Shown here piece after piece: positions 54,528 to 64,000 of a DNA stretch of 64,000 nt (the stretch's first letter is position 1; the number at the start of each line of letters is the position of its first letter). Under the pieces are notes generated by a model. It made no database searches, had not been told where the DNA came from, and was given only the letters and a program-made list of their open reading frames with translations. The stretch is from Armatimonadota bacterium (lineage in GTDB: Bacteria; Sysuimicrobiota; Sysuimicrobiia; Sysuimicrobiales; Sysuimicrobiaceae). The DNA lies in contig JANXBY010000038.1 in assembly GCA_025060455.1 (NCBI GenBank), forward strand, positions 2,292 to 66,291, written 5' to 3'. Position numbers and translations under genes: made by a program.

Positions 54528-55877
54528 GTGCGTTCCCACACCCTGCGCGTGTTCATCCTGCTGACCCTGGCTGCGGCGTCCTTCCAGGTGGTGTTCCAGC
54601 CTGTGCGCCTGGACGGCTGGCGGCCCTCCTGGCAACCCCCACAGCCCCGCCTGCGGCTGGGGCTGGACCTGCAGGGCGGCACCCGGATCGTGCTGGAGGC
54701 GGAGCGCCGGCCCGGGGTGGACGTGACCCCCGACAAGGTGGACGCGGCCATGCGGGTCATCGAGAACCGCATCGACGCCCTGGGCGTGGCCGAGCCCCTG
54801 TTGCAGCGGCAGGGCCAGGACCGCATCATCGTGGAGTTCCCGGGCCTGCAGGACCCTCAGCGGGCCAAAGAGCTCATCGGCCGCACCGCCCTGCTGGAGT
54901 TCGTGGACACCGACCACCAGAGCCTGCCCCGGGGCGCGGAGTGGCTGCCGGACAACCGGAGGGTGCGGCTGCCGGACGGGCAGGTGGTGCCGCTCCCCAA
55001 GAAGGTGGTGGTCACGGGTGCGGACCTGCGGGACGCCCGCGCGGAGTTCGACCAGCAATCCCTGCAGTGGCTGGTGCGGTTCCGGTTCGGCGGTGAAGGC
55101 GCGCGGAAGTTCGAGGAGCACACCGGCCGCAGCATCGGGGAGTACCTCACCATCGTTCTGGACAACCGTGTGCTCTCCTCGCCCGTGATCCGCGCCCGCA
55201 TTCCCGGTGAAGGCGTGATCGAGGGCAGCTTCACCGCGGACGAGGCGCGGGACCTGGCCATCCTGCTGCGGGGTGGGGCGCTTCCGGTGCCCGTCCGGCC
55301 GGTGGAGGAGCGCACCGTGGGACCCACCTTGGGCCGGGACTCCATCGACCGCAGCCTCCGGGCCGGCTGGATCGCCGCGGTGGCGGTGGTGGTGTTCGTA
55401 AGCCTGTACTACCGGCTGCCCGGAGTTCTGGCGTCGCTGTCCCTGGGCCTGTTCGCCCTGCTGGTGCTGGGCCTGCTGGCGAGCCTGGGCGCCACCCTCA
55501 CCCTGCCCGGGATCGCGGGGATCATCCTCAGCGTGGGAATGGCGGTGGACGGCAACGTGATCATCTTCGAGAAGATGAAGGAAGAGCTGCGGGCGGGTAA
55601 GACCGTGCGGGCCGCGGTGGCCGCGGGCTGGCGGAGAGGCCTGGTGACCATTTTGGACTCCAACGTGACTACCCTCATCGGCGCCGCGGTGCTGCTGTGG
55701 CTGGGTACCGGCCCCATCCGGGGCTTCGCGGTGACCCTCACCCTGGGTGTGCTGGCGTCCATGTTCACCGCGGTCCTGGCCACCCGCTGGCTGGTGGAGC
55801 TGTGCGCGGACCTCGGCCTGGGAGGTTCGCTGGCGCGGGTGGCGGACCTGCCGCGGGCGCGGGAGGTGGCGGCGTGA
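54528..55877 (+). CDS. secD: Protein translocase subunit SecD
   Basis: 449 aa with periplasmic domain and C-terminal transmembrane bundle ([12 protein letters not shown]). Confidence 0.9.
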   Translation: MRSHTLRVFILLTLAAASFQVVFQPVRLDGWRPSWQPPQPRLRLGLDLQGGTRIVLEAERRPGVDVTPDKVDAAMRVIENRIDALGVAEPLLQRQGQDRIIVEFPGLQDPQRAKELIGRTALLEFVDTDHQSLPRGAEWLPDNRRVRLPDGQVVPLPKKVVVTGADLRDARAEFDQQSLQWLVRFRFGGEGARKFEEHTGRSIGEYLTIVLDNRVLSSPVIRARIPGEGVIEGSFTADEARDLAILLRGGALPVPVRPVEERTVGPTLGRDSIDRSLRAGWIAAVAVVVFVSLYYRLPGVLASLSLGLFALLVLGLLASLGATLTLPGIAGIILSVGMAVDGNVIIFEKMKEELRAGKTVRAAVAAGWRRGLVTILDSNVTTLIGAAVLLWLGTGPIRGFAVTLTLGVLASMFTAVLATRWLVELCADLGLGGSLARVADLPRAREVAA

Positions 55878-56830
55878 GGGCCTGGAACCTCATGGGGAAC
55901 CGGCGGTGGCTCTACCTGGCCTCTGCCCTGGTGGTGGTGGCCAGCCTGGCGGCCATGGCCGTCCAGCCCGCCCTGGGCCGGCCGGTGTTGAACTGGGGCG
56001 TGGACTTCACCGGCGGCACCCTGATCACCTTCCGGTTCCAGGACCGGTCGGTGTCCACGGGGCAGGTGCGGGCCGGGCTGCAGCCTCTGGGGCTGGGAGA
56101 AGCGGTGATCCAGAAGGTGCAGGAGACGGGCGACATCTCCGTGCGCACCCGTCACCTGGAGCCGGAGGAGCGCCGCCGGGTGGAGCAGGTTCTGCGGGAG
56201 CGGGTGGGATCGTTCACGGTGCTGAGCGTAGACGACGTGGGGCCCAAGATCGGCCGCGAGCTGCGGAACATCGCCATCCTCGGGGTGGCGTTGGGGCTGG
56301 CCCTGCAGGTGGTGTACGTGTCGTTGCGCTTCCGGTCGGTGCGGTTCGCGGTGGCCGCGGACCTAGCCCTGCTCCATGACCTGCTGCTGGTCCTCGGCGT
56401 GTTCGCCCTGACCCGCGCCACCGTGGACAGCAGCTTCGTGGCGGTCCTGCTCACCGTGGTGGGATACTCCATCAACGACACCATCGTGGTCTTCGACCGG
56501 GTACGGGAGAACCTGCAGCTGCGGGGCCGGGAGCCGTTCGCGGACCTGGTGAACCGCAGCGTCCTGGAGGCCCTGGTCCGGTCCCTGAACACCGCCCTTA
56601 CGACCCTGCTGGCCATCGGAAGCGTGTACCTGTTCGGCGGGCCCACCGTCCGCGACTTCGCCCTGGGGCTGACGGTGGCGGTGCTCACCGGCGGGTGGTC
56701 GTCCATCGGGGTGGCGAGCCCGATCCTGGTGGACCTGACGGAGTGGGCGGAGCGACGCGCAGGCCAGGTGGCGGTGCAACCTGCCGCCCGGCCCGCCCGG
56801 GCGGCCGCCACCGGCCGCCGCCGCTCCTAG
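55874..56830 (+). CDS. secF: Protein translocase subunit SecF
   Basis: GTG overlapping the secD stop (alternative ATG at 55892). Typical SecF transmembrane pattern (VGYSINDTIVVFDR). Confidence 0.9.
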   Translation: MRAWNLMGNRRWLYLASALVVVASLAAMAVQPALGRPVLNWGVDFTGGTLITFRFQDRSVSTGQVRAGLQPLGLGEAVIQKVQETGDISVRTRHLEPEERRRVEQVLRERVGSFTVLSVDDVGPKIGRELRNIAILGVALGLALQVVYVSLRFRSVRFAVAADLALLHDLLLVLGVFALTRATVDSSFVAVLLTVVGYSINDTIVVFDRVRENLQLRGREPFADLVNRSVLEALVRSLNTALTTLLAIGSVYLFGGPTVRDFALGLTVAVLTGGWSSIGVASPILVDLTEWAERRAGQVAVQPAARPARAAATGRRRS

Positions 56831-56920
56831 CCGCGCAGGCCACCGGCCGCCGCGCGGGCGGTGCACGGTCCAACCCACCTGTCCGCACCCTCCCTGGGCT
56901 GGTAGACTTCGAGCAGAACC

Positions 56921-57229
56921 ATGCGCCTTCTAAGCGCGGTGGGGTTCGTCCTGGCGGTGCTCTCGGTGGTGCTCATGCTGAGCAACGCCGGCACCTCCGA
57001 TCGCTACCCGCTGCGCCTTGCGGGCTGGACGGTGTTGCACGACACCCTCCCCACCCTGCTGGTCCTGGCCCTGTTCGCCGGCGCCACCATCGCGGGCCTG
57101 CCCCTGAGCCTGGCTAACTGGTGGCTGCGCAGGCGCGTGGCGGGCCTGGAGCGCGAGCTTCGGGCGGCGCGGCAGGCCCACGCTCCGAGGGGACCTGCGC
57201 CGGCTTCGCGGGAGGGGTCGGGGCTGTGA
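56921..57229 (+). CDS. Small two-helix membrane protein (hypothetical)
   Basis: 102 aa. Two hydrophobic helices, then a basic C-terminus. Stop overlaps the recJ GTG. Confidence 0.4.
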   Translation: MRLLSAVGFVLAVLSVVLMLSNAGTSDRYPLRLAGWTVLHDTLPTLLVLALFAGATIAGLPLSLANWWLRRRVAGLERELRAARQAHAPRGPAPASREGSGL

Positions 57230-60200
57230 CGGCCGCGCGGTGGCCGCGCAGCCGCCGGTGGACCTTCTGCCCCGTTCACCCCCAAAGGGACGACCTGGCG
57301 CGCGACCTCGGGCTGCTGCCCGTCACCGCGCAGCTGCTGGCGGCGAGAGGCTGGGTGGACCCCGAGGCCGCGGACCGTTTCCTGCGTGCTCCCCTGGAAA
57401 CGCTGACCCCCCCGAGCCGCCTTCCGGGACTGCCGGAGGCGGCCCGCGTGGTCTGGGAGTCCGCGCGGCAGGGACGGCGGATCACCGTGTATGGAGACTT
57501 CGACGCGGACGGCGTGTGCGCGACGGCGGTCCTGGTCCGCGGGCTGCGCGCCCTGGGCGTGCACGCGGAAGCTTACGTCCCGCACCGGTTGCACGAGGGC
57601 TACGGTCTGCATGCGGAGGCGGTGCGCAGGCTCGCGGAGTCCGGCACGGGCTGCCTGGTGGCCGTGGACTGCGGGGTGGGCGCGCTGAGCGAGGTCGCGC
57701 TGGCCAAGCACCTTGGAATGGCGGTCGTGGTGGTGGACCACCACGAGCCTCCTCCGGTGCTCCCCGCTGCGGACGCCGTGGTGGACCCGAAGGTGGCGGA
57801 CCTGCCGTACCCCTTCCGCGGCTACTGCGCCTCGGGGCTCGCGTGGCAGCTGGTGGCCGCCCTGCGCGCACTTGCGGGGGCGCTGGCCACCGAGGAGCTG
57901 CTGGAGCTGGCCGCGGTGGGGACGGTGGCAGACGTGGTGCCGCTGGTGGACGACAACCGCGTGATCGTGCGCCACGGCCTGCGTCGTCTGGCGGAGGCGC
58001 CGGTGGTAGGCCTGCGGGCGCTGCTGCGCGCCGCGGGGCTGGAAGCTCCGGTGGACGCGGACGACGTGGCGTGGAGGCTTGCGCCGCGGCTCAACGCGGC
58101 CGGGAGGGTGGACACCGCCCACACCGCCTTGAAGCTCCTCCTCACGGATGACCCTCAGGAAGCTCAGGAGCTGGCCGCGCAGCTGGAACGCCACAACGCG
58201 CACCGCCAGCGCCTGCACGACCACGCCCTGGGCCAGGCCCTGGCGGCGGTGGAAACCGAAGGGCTGGCAGACCGTCCCGGGATCGTGGTGTGGGGTGAGG
58301 GATGGCACCCCGGCGTGGTAGGTCTGGTGGCGGGCAAGCTGCGTGAGGCGTACTGGAGGCCCGCCGTGGCCCTGGCGGTGGAGGGGGACAAAGCCCGCGG
58401 GTCTGCCCGGGGGACGCCGGAGGTAGACCTGGTGGAGGTGCTGGGGGAGTGTGCGGCGCTGCTGGATCGGTTCGGAGGCCACGCCGCCGCGGCGGGCCTG
58501 GAGCTGCCTGCGCACCGGCTGGGGGAGTTCCGCCGGCGGTTCGAAGAGGCGGTGTCCGCGCGGGTCTGCCCGGACCGGCTGGTGCCTGAGCTGGTGGTGG
58601 AAGCGCAGGTGGAGCTGGCTGACATTACCGACCGGCTGGTGGAAGAGCTGTCGCGGCTGGAGCCATACGGGGCAGGTAACCCGAGGCCGGTGCTGGCGGT
58701 CCGGGGCCTAAGGCCGCTGGAAGTGGCGGTCTGGGGCACGGGGGAGCACCTGTGGCTGCGGGTGTGCGACGGCCTCCAGGTTGCGGACGCGGTGGGCTTC
58801 GGGTTGGGCGGCTGGGGTGAGGTGGTGGCGTTCGTCCAGCCGGAGCTGGAGCTTGCCGGCTACCCCGAGCGCGACCGGTGGCAGGGGGGCGGGTTCCGGT
58901 GGGTGGTGGAGGACCTGCGGGCGCCGGGGCTGGAGCCGGACAGGGTCCTCACCGACACGGCCCTGCTCCTGCGGCGCCTGGCGGACCGAGCGGACGACTA
59001 CCTGGCCGAGGCTTTCCGCGCCGTGGAAGTCCGGCCGGCTTTCTTCACCAAAGTGGTGGGGGTGAGCTTCGAGGGTCGCCAGGACGTGGTGGCGCAGCTT
59101 GCGCCGGGCGAAGAGCTGGCGCTGCGGCGCGAGCCGGACAACCCCGTAGACCCCCACGCCGTCCAGGTGGTAAGGCGGGACGGGGCGGTGGTGGGCTACC
59201 TGAACTCCGCCCTGGCGGGCCGGCTGGCGCCGTACCTGGACCGGGGCGTCCGCTACCGCGCCACGGTTACCGCGGTCACCGGCGGCGGAGACCGGCACAG
59301 GGGCGTGAACCTGCGCGTAGAGCAGGATGCCCCTCAACCCCGAGCTTCCTGGGTGCGGTTCGCGCTGCAGGCTACAGACAGGAATCTCCACCAGCTGGGA
59401 AGGCTGCTGTGGGCGGGGGACTGCGTGGGCGACGAGCTCCGGGGGGCGCTCGGGCGGCTACAGGAGGGCGCGCGGGTGGCGGTGGTGAGCGGCCCGCGGC
59501 CGGAGTGCGCCCGGCTGGCACTGCTCGCGGTTGCCTCCCACGCGCTAGGGGGCCGGCCTGCGTTGGTGGTGTGCTCCCTGGCGGAGCTGGCCGATGCCCG
59601 GTGGCAAGGGTGGAAAGGCGCCCTGGAGAGGGTCGGCTTGCAGGTCGGCCGGCTGCACGGTTTGGTGGGCCGCGGCGAGCTGCAGGAGGCTGAGCAGCTC
59701 GCGAAGGCTGGCGTGCTGGACGTGGTATTCACCACGCCCACGTACGTGGGCCGGCGGCCGGAGGTGGTCTCGCGCGGTTGCCTGGTGGTGGCGGAGGGGT
59801 GGTCGGACGGCCAGCTGCCCCCGGAGCTGGCCGCGCACGAGGGACCCTTGCTGTGGGTGGTGTGGGACCCCGCGCTGAGGCCGGCGGGTTGGGAGGTATT
59901 TGGCCTTTCGGAGGCCCGCAGCTCTGTGCGCGTGGTGGACGCCCGGCGCCGGGAGAAGACCGTGGAGGACCTGCTGCGGCAGCGGCCCGGCCTCCTGTTC
60001 GCGGCCGGGCCCGCTTCCGCCGTGGAGCTGTCCCGCTCGCTGTCCTCCGGGATGCGGGTGGCCTATGACCACCCGGGGCTCCCCTCCGCGGTGCGGGAAA
60101 CCCTGGTGGGGCTGTTCAACCAGGGTAAGCTGGACGGCCTGGTGTGCGGTGGCACGGCCCCGGAAGGTGTGCGCGCGGGCTTTCGGGCGTGGCTGGCCCC

Positions 60201-60711
60201 CACGGCCCGGGAGGTGTTCCTACAGCAGGCCGGCTGCGGGCTTGAGGACCGGGACGGGGCGACCCTCGTGCTGGCCTTCGGGCCGGAGGCGCTGCACCGG
60301 GCCCGGCTGGAGTGGAACAGCCGGCACCCGCCACGCAAGGCCCTGGCGGCCATCTACCGCCTCCTGCGGCAGCTACCCGGACAACCCCGGTGGCCGGACG
60401 ACGAGTTGGCCGCGCGGGTACGGGACTCCACCGGCCTGGATCCCCGGCTGGCGGTCCCCGCGGCGTTGAGCGTCCTGGAGGCGGCGGAGCTGGTGCGCAG
60501 GGAACGGGCAGCCGGCGGATGGCGGGTGGAGCTGTGCCCCTCCGAGGGCCGGAAGGACCTGGGGGCGGTACTGCGTTTCGCGGAAGGGGAGCGGAGCCGC
60601 GCGGCGTTTGAAGCTGGGGCCCGGTGGCTGGTCGGTTGCCCGGCGGTGGAGGTTCTGGAGCGGGTGGCCTCGGGCTCGGTTGCCGGCCGCGCGCCCTCGG
60701 GTGCAGGATAA
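57226..60711 (+). CDS. recJ: Single-stranded-DNA exonuclease RecJ with C-terminal HIRAN domain and degenerate RecQ-like helicase module
   Basis: 1161 aa from GTG 57226. DHH (VYGDFDADGV, DHH), DHHA1 and OB-fold core to about 58900. HIRAN-like stretch about 59051-59285 (VVGVSFEGRQDV...GEELALRREPDNPVDPHAVQVV...VVGYL). SF2/RecQ-like segment about 59380-60170 with Walker A replaced by GPRPECAR and DEAH replaced by AEGW. Confidence 0.85.
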   Translation: MTAARWPRSRRWTFCPVHPQRDDLARDLGLLPVTAQLLAARGWVDPEAADRFLRAPLETLTPPSRLPGLPEAARVVWESARQGRRITVYGDFDADGVCATAVLVRGLRALGVHAEAYVPHRLHEGYGLHAEAVRRLAESGTGCLVAVDCGVGALSEVALAKHLGMAVVVVDHHEPPPVLPAADAVVDPKVADLPYPFRGYCASGLAWQLVAALRALAGALATEELLELAAVGTVADVVPLVDDNRVIVRHGLRRLAEAPVVGLRALLRAAGLEAPVDADDVAWRLAPRLNAAGRVDTAHTALKLLLTDDPQEAQELAAQLERHNAHRQRLHDHALGQALAAVETEGLADRPGIVVWGEGWHPGVVGLVAGKLREAYWRPAVALAVEGDKARGSARGTPEVDLVEVLGECAALLDRFGGHAAAAGLELPAHRLGEFRRRFEEAVSARVCPDRLVPELVVEAQVELADITDRLVEELSRLEPYGAGNPRPVLAVRGLRPLEVAVWGTGEHLWLRVCDGLQVADAVGFGLGGWGEVVAFVQPELELAGYPERDRWQGGGFRWVVEDLRAPGLEPDRVLTDTALLLRRLADRADDYLAEAFRAVEVRPAFFTKVVGVSFEGRQDVVAQLAPGEELALRREPDNPVDPHAVQVVRRDGAVVGYLNSALAGRLAPYLDRGVRYRATVTAVTGGGDRHRGVNLRVEQDAPQPRASWVRFALQATDRNLHQLGRLLWAGDCVGDELRGALGRLQEGARVAVVSGPRPECARLALLAVASHALGGRPALVVCSLAELADARWQGWKGALERVGLQVGRLHGLVGRGELQEAEQLAKAGVLDVVFTTPTYVGRRPEVVSRGCLVVAEGWSDGQLPPELAAHEGPLLWVVWDPALRPAGWEVFGLSEARSSVRVVDARRREKTVEDLLRQRPGLLFAAGPASAVELSRSLSSGMRVAYDHPGLPSAVRETLVGLFNQGKLDGLVCGGTAPEGVRAGFRAWLAPTAREVFLQQAGCGLEDRDGATLVLAFGPEALHRARLEWNSRHPPRKALAAIYRLLRQLPGQPRWPDDELAARVRDSTGLDPRLAVPAALSVLEAAELVRRERAAGGWRVELCPSEGRKDLGAVLRFAEGERSRAAFEAGARWLVGCPAVEVLERVASGSVAGRAPSGAG

Positions 60712-60714
60712 GGT

Positions 60715-62928
60715 ATGACCACCCGGCTGGATGCGGGTGTGCCGCAGGGAGTGGAGCTGCCCGCGGAGATGCAGCGGCTGCTGGAGCGGGTCCGGGAGAT
60801 CCAGCCCCAGGCGGACCTGGACCTGCTGAGGCGGGCGTACGCGTTCGCGGCCCGGGCCCACGAGGGCCAGGTGCGGCGCTCCGGAGAGCCCTACGTGATG
60901 CACTCCGTGGCTGTGGCCCAGATCCTGGCGGACCTGCGCATGGACGCCACCACGGTGGCCGCCGCCCTGCTGCACGACGTCCCCGAGGACACGCCCCAGA
61001 CCCTGGACGAACTCCGGCGGGAGTTCGGGGACGAGATCGCCACCCTGGTGGACGGGGTCACCAAGCTGGGCAAGATCCAGTGGCGCAGCCAGGAAGAGAA
61101 GCAGGCGGAAAACCTGCGCAAGATGTTCCTGGCCATGGCCAGCGATGTGCGGATCATCCTCATCAAGCTGGCCGACCGGCTCCACAACCTGCGCACCATG
61201 CACGTGATGCCCCCCGAGCACCAGCGCCGGAAGGCCCGGGAGACCCTAGAGATCTACGCGCCGCTGGCCAAGCGCCTGGGGATCGGGCAGCTGCAGAACG
61301 AGCTGGAGGACCGGGCCTTCGCCATCCTGGAGCCGGAGGCGTACCGGGAGATCGTGGAGTCCCTGCGGGAGGCGCAGCAGCAGCAGGAGGACGTGCTGCG
61401 GACCATCCAGGAGGAGCTGTACCGGGAGCTCAACCGGGCCGGCATCCGGGTGGAGCGGCAGCACATCACCGCCCGGCCCAAACATGCCTACAGCATCTAC
61501 CGGAAGATGCAGCGGCCCGAGTACCAGGGGCAGGGCATCGCCCGCATCTACGACCGGCTGGGGGTGCGGGTCATCGTGGACGACGTGAAGGACTGCTACG
61601 CGGCTTTGGGGGTGGTGCACTCCCTGTGGCGGCCCATCCCGGGGGAGTTCGACGACTACATCGCCAATCCCAAGCCCAGCGGCTACCAGTCCCTGCACAC
61701 CACCGTCATCTACCGGGGCCAGCCCCTGGAGATCCAGATCCGCACCCACCGGATGCATCAGGAGGCGGAGTACGGCATCGCCGCCCACTGGCGATACAAG
61801 GAAGGCAAGGCAGGGACCCGGGACCGGTCCTTCGAGGAGAAGCTGTCCTGGCTGCGCCAGCTCTTGGAGTGGCACCAGGAGATGCAGGACGCCCAGGAGT
61901 TCATGCGGTCGGTGAAGCTCGACCTGTTCCGCAACGAGGTGTTCGTGTTCACCCCCAAGGGGGACGTGGTGGACCTGCCCAGCGGCGCGACCCCCGTGGA
62001 CTTCGCTTACCGCATCCACACCGACGTGGGCCACCGGTGCGTGGGGGCCAAGGTGAACGGCCGGCTGGTGCCCCTCAGCTATCGGCTGCGGAGCGGGGAC
62101 ATCGTGGAGATCCTTACCTCCAAGACGTCTCCAGGGCCGAGCCGGGACTGGCTGGAGTTCGTGGTCACCAGCAACGCCCGTACCAAGATCCGCCAGTGGT
62201 TCCGCCGGCAGCAGCGGGAAGAGAACGTGGCCCGCGGCAAGGAGATGCTGGAGCGGGAGCTGCGGCGCCTGGGCCTGCTGTCCACGCTCCTGCGGGCGGA
62301 GCGGATCAAGGAGGCGTGCGAGAAGCTGCAGGTCCCCACCGAGGAGGATCTGTACGCCGCCCTGGGCAACGGCGACCTGACCCTCCTGCAGGTGGTGCAC
62401 GCCCTGGGGGGACCGCCCGCGCCCAGCCCGGAACCCGCCGCGCCCCAGGCCCAGCCTTCCGCCGCGGCGCCGGCCAGGGGGCTGCGTGTCCGGGGCGTGG
62501 ACAACGTGCTCATGACCCTGGCCCGGTGCTGCATGCCCCTGCCTGGGGACGACGTGGTGGGCTACATCACCCGGGGGCGGGGCGTGACGATTCACCGCCG
62601 GGACTGCCGGAACCTGGACTACCTGCGCCAGCACGGGGAGCGGCTGCTGGAGGTGGAGTGGGAGCCGTCCCCGGACGGCAGCTACCCCGTGGAGATCCAG
62701 GTGGAGGCCCTAGACCGCGTGGGCCTGCTCAAGGACGTCCTCAGCGCGGTGGCGGACACCCGCACCAACGTGCTTTCGGTGAACGCCCACGTGCGCCGCG
62801 ACAAGGTGGGCGTGATCCACCTCACGGTGGACATCCGGAACGTAGGCCAGCTGACCGCAGTCCTCCAGCGGATCGGCAAGCTGCCCGACGTGTACCGGGT
62901 GGAACGGCTGACCGCGGGCGGCCGGTAG
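60715..62928 (+). CDS. relA: Bifunctional (p)ppGpp synthetase/hydrolase RelA/SpoT
   Basis: 737 aa. HD domain (HDVPEDT), synthetase domain (RPKHAYSIYRK, GYQSLHTTV), TGS and ACT domains. Confidence 0.95.
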   Translation: MTTRLDAGVPQGVELPAEMQRLLERVREIQPQADLDLLRRAYAFAARAHEGQVRRSGEPYVMHSVAVAQILADLRMDATTVAAALLHDVPEDTPQTLDELRREFGDEIATLVDGVTKLGKIQWRSQEEKQAENLRKMFLAMASDVRIILIKLADRLHNLRTMHVMPPEHQRRKARETLEIYAPLAKRLGIGQLQNELEDRAFAILEPEAYREIVESLREAQQQQEDVLRTIQEELYRELNRAGIRVERQHITARPKHAYSIYRKMQRPEYQGQGIARIYDRLGVRVIVDDVKDCYAALGVVHSLWRPIPGEFDDYIANPKPSGYQSLHTTVIYRGQPLEIQIRTHRMHQEAEYGIAAHWRYKEGKAGTRDRSFEEKLSWLRQLLEWHQEMQDAQEFMRSVKLDLFRNEVFVFTPKGDVVDLPSGATPVDFAYRIHTDVGHRCVGAKVNGRLVPLSYRLRSGDIVEILTSKTSPGPSRDWLEFVVTSNARTKIRQWFRRQQREENVARGKEMLERELRRLGLLSTLLRAERIKEACEKLQVPTEEDLYAALGNGDLTLLQVVHALGGPPAPSPEPAAPQAQPSAAAPARGLRVRGVDNVLMTLARCCMPLPGDDVVGYITRGRGVTIHRRDCRNLDYLRQHGERLLEVEWEPSPDGSYPVEIQVEALDRVGLLKDVLSAVADTRTNVLSVNAHVRRDKVGVIHLTVDIRNVGQLTAVLQRIGKLPDVYRVERLTAGGR

Positions 62929-63011
62929 GAGAACTCCCGCGGCCTCTGGAAACGGTTCTCCGGCCGCCGCGATCCTTGCCCGGACCGGCGGACCTGCGTG
63001 CGGAGGGAAAT

Positions 63012-63779
63012 ATGGGACTGCTACAGGACCGCTGCGCCCTCGTGATGGGGGTGGCCAACCGGTGGAGCATCGCGTGGGGGATCGCCCGCGCCTTCCACCG
63101 GGAGGGTGCCCGCTGCGTGCTCACCTACCTGGGGGAACGGGAGGAGGAGAACGTCCGCAAGCTGGCCACAGAGCTGCGCGACCCTGTGCTGCTCCGGTGC
63201 GACGTCACCCGGGACCAGGACCTGGAGGCCCTGCGGGAGCAGCTGCAAGAACAGGTGGGCCGGGTGGACGTGCTGGTGCACAGCATCGCCTACGCGCGCA
63301 CCGAGGACCTGCGGGGCCGGTTCCTGGACACCAGCCGCGAGGGGTACCTGGTGGCGCAGAACGTGAGCGCGTACTCCCTGGTGGCCTGCGCCCGGGCAGT
63401 GGCCCCCCTCATGCCCGAGGGCGGTTCCATCCTCACCCTGACCTACCTGGCCAGTGAGCGGGTGTTCCCCAACTACAACGTGATGGCGGTGTGCAAGGCG
63501 GCCCTGGAGGCGTGTGTGCGGTACCTGGCCTACGAGCTGGGAGAACGCGGGATCCGGGTGAACGCCATCTCCGCGGGGCCCATCCGCACCGCCTCCGCCC
63601 GGGCCGTGGCGGGGCTGTCGGACTTCATCGAGACGTACCGGCAGCGGGCGCCCCTGCGGCGGACCGTGGATCAGGAGGAGGTGGGCGACGCCGCGGTGTT
63701 CCTGGCGAGCCCCCTCAGCCGCGGCGTGACCGGTCAGGTGCTGTTCGTGGACGCCGGCTACCACATCATGGGCGTGTAG
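63012..63779 (+). CDS. fabI: Enoyl-[acyl-carrier-protein] reductase (NADH)
   Basis: 255 aa from ATG 63012 (GVANRWSIAWGIA, YxxxxxK: YNVMAVCKAAL). Confidence 0.9.
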   Translation: MGLLQDRCALVMGVANRWSIAWGIARAFHREGARCVLTYLGEREEENVRKLATELRDPVLLRCDVTRDQDLEALREQLQEQVGRVDVLVHSIAYARTEDLRGRFLDTSREGYLVAQNVSAYSLVACARAVAPLMPEGGSILTLTYLASERVFPNYNVMAVCKAALEACVRYLAYELGERGIRVNAISAGPIRTASARAVAGLSDFIETYRQRAPLRRTVDQEEVGDAAVFLASPLSRGVTGQVLFVDAGYHIMGV

Positions 63780-63856
63780 GCGCCGAGTTGCCCGAACGGC
63801 CCTGGTCGCCCACAATGGTGGCCTGGAAACCCTTTCCGCAACGTGGAGGCACCCGG

Positions 63857-64000
63857 TGACGGCGAACTACACCGCGCAGCGCGTTTCGGTGTTCCAGGAG
63901 TCCGTGATCCGGGAGATGACCCGCCTGTGCGGGCAGTACGGCGGGATCAACCTGGCCCAGGGCTTCCCCGACTTCGACCCTCCCCAGGAGCTGTTGGAAG
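63857..64000 (+). CDS. Class I/II PLP-dependent aminotransferase (5' partial, runs off the window)
   Basis: GTG 63857. The N-terminus VFQESVIREMTRL...INLAQGFPDF is typical of aspartate/MtnE-type aminotransferases. Confidence 0.6.

Noticed and set aside
1-64000. CRISPR arrays, rRNA genes, transposases, integrases and prophage genes
   Set aside because: No spaced direct repeats, no rRNA-like conserved stretches and no recombinase or transposase-like translations were found anywhere in the window.

Overview
The window is a 64-kb stretch of a very high-GC (about 70%) genome with Firmicutes-like core gene order (scpA-scpB, cmk-plsC-ispH, der-plsY, lexA, rny-ymdB, T-box-valS, secDF-recJ-relA, fabI). 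Three aromatic-catabolism modules are embedded in this conserved backbone. (1) At 0-15.6 kb: a TPP-dependent enzyme, an XDH-family molybdenum hydroxylase trio and an orphan substrate-binding protein, followed by an IclR regulator divergent from a long operon: a Liv-type ABC importer, a CMD-family protein, a type I extradiol dioxygenase, a hypothetical protein and 4-hydroxybenzoate 3-monooxygenase (PobA). (2) At 28.7-43.2 kb: three orphan periplasmic binding proteins, then two LigM/DesA-like tetrahydrofolate-dependent aryl O-demethylases with their C1 partners (a LigH-like formate-THF ligase and a MetF fused to a MetV-like C-terminal domain). On the opposite strand an eight-gene translationally coupled operon runs NAD-binding oxidoreductase, amidohydrolase-like protein, GntR regulator, PIG-L protein, RraA/LigK-like aldolase, a second extradiol dioxygenase, LigM-2 and MetF. 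It is driven by a consensus sigma-70 promoter immediately downstream of a tRNA-Pro(GGG) gene, and may be an island inserted between plsY and lexA. (3) At 51.7-54.5 kb: two enoyl-CoA hydratases plus a PaaJ/PcaF-type 3-oxoadipyl-CoA thiolase. Other notable items are a HEPN/MNT toxin-antitoxin pair inserted on the opposite strand between ispH and der, a truncated SLC13 permease relic, and an unusually long RecJ (1161 aa) carrying a C-terminal HIRAN domain and a degenerate RecQ-like helicase module. The high GC content produces many long spurious antisense ORFs, which were rejected. All calls rest on reading the provided translations and sequence; no database searches were run.
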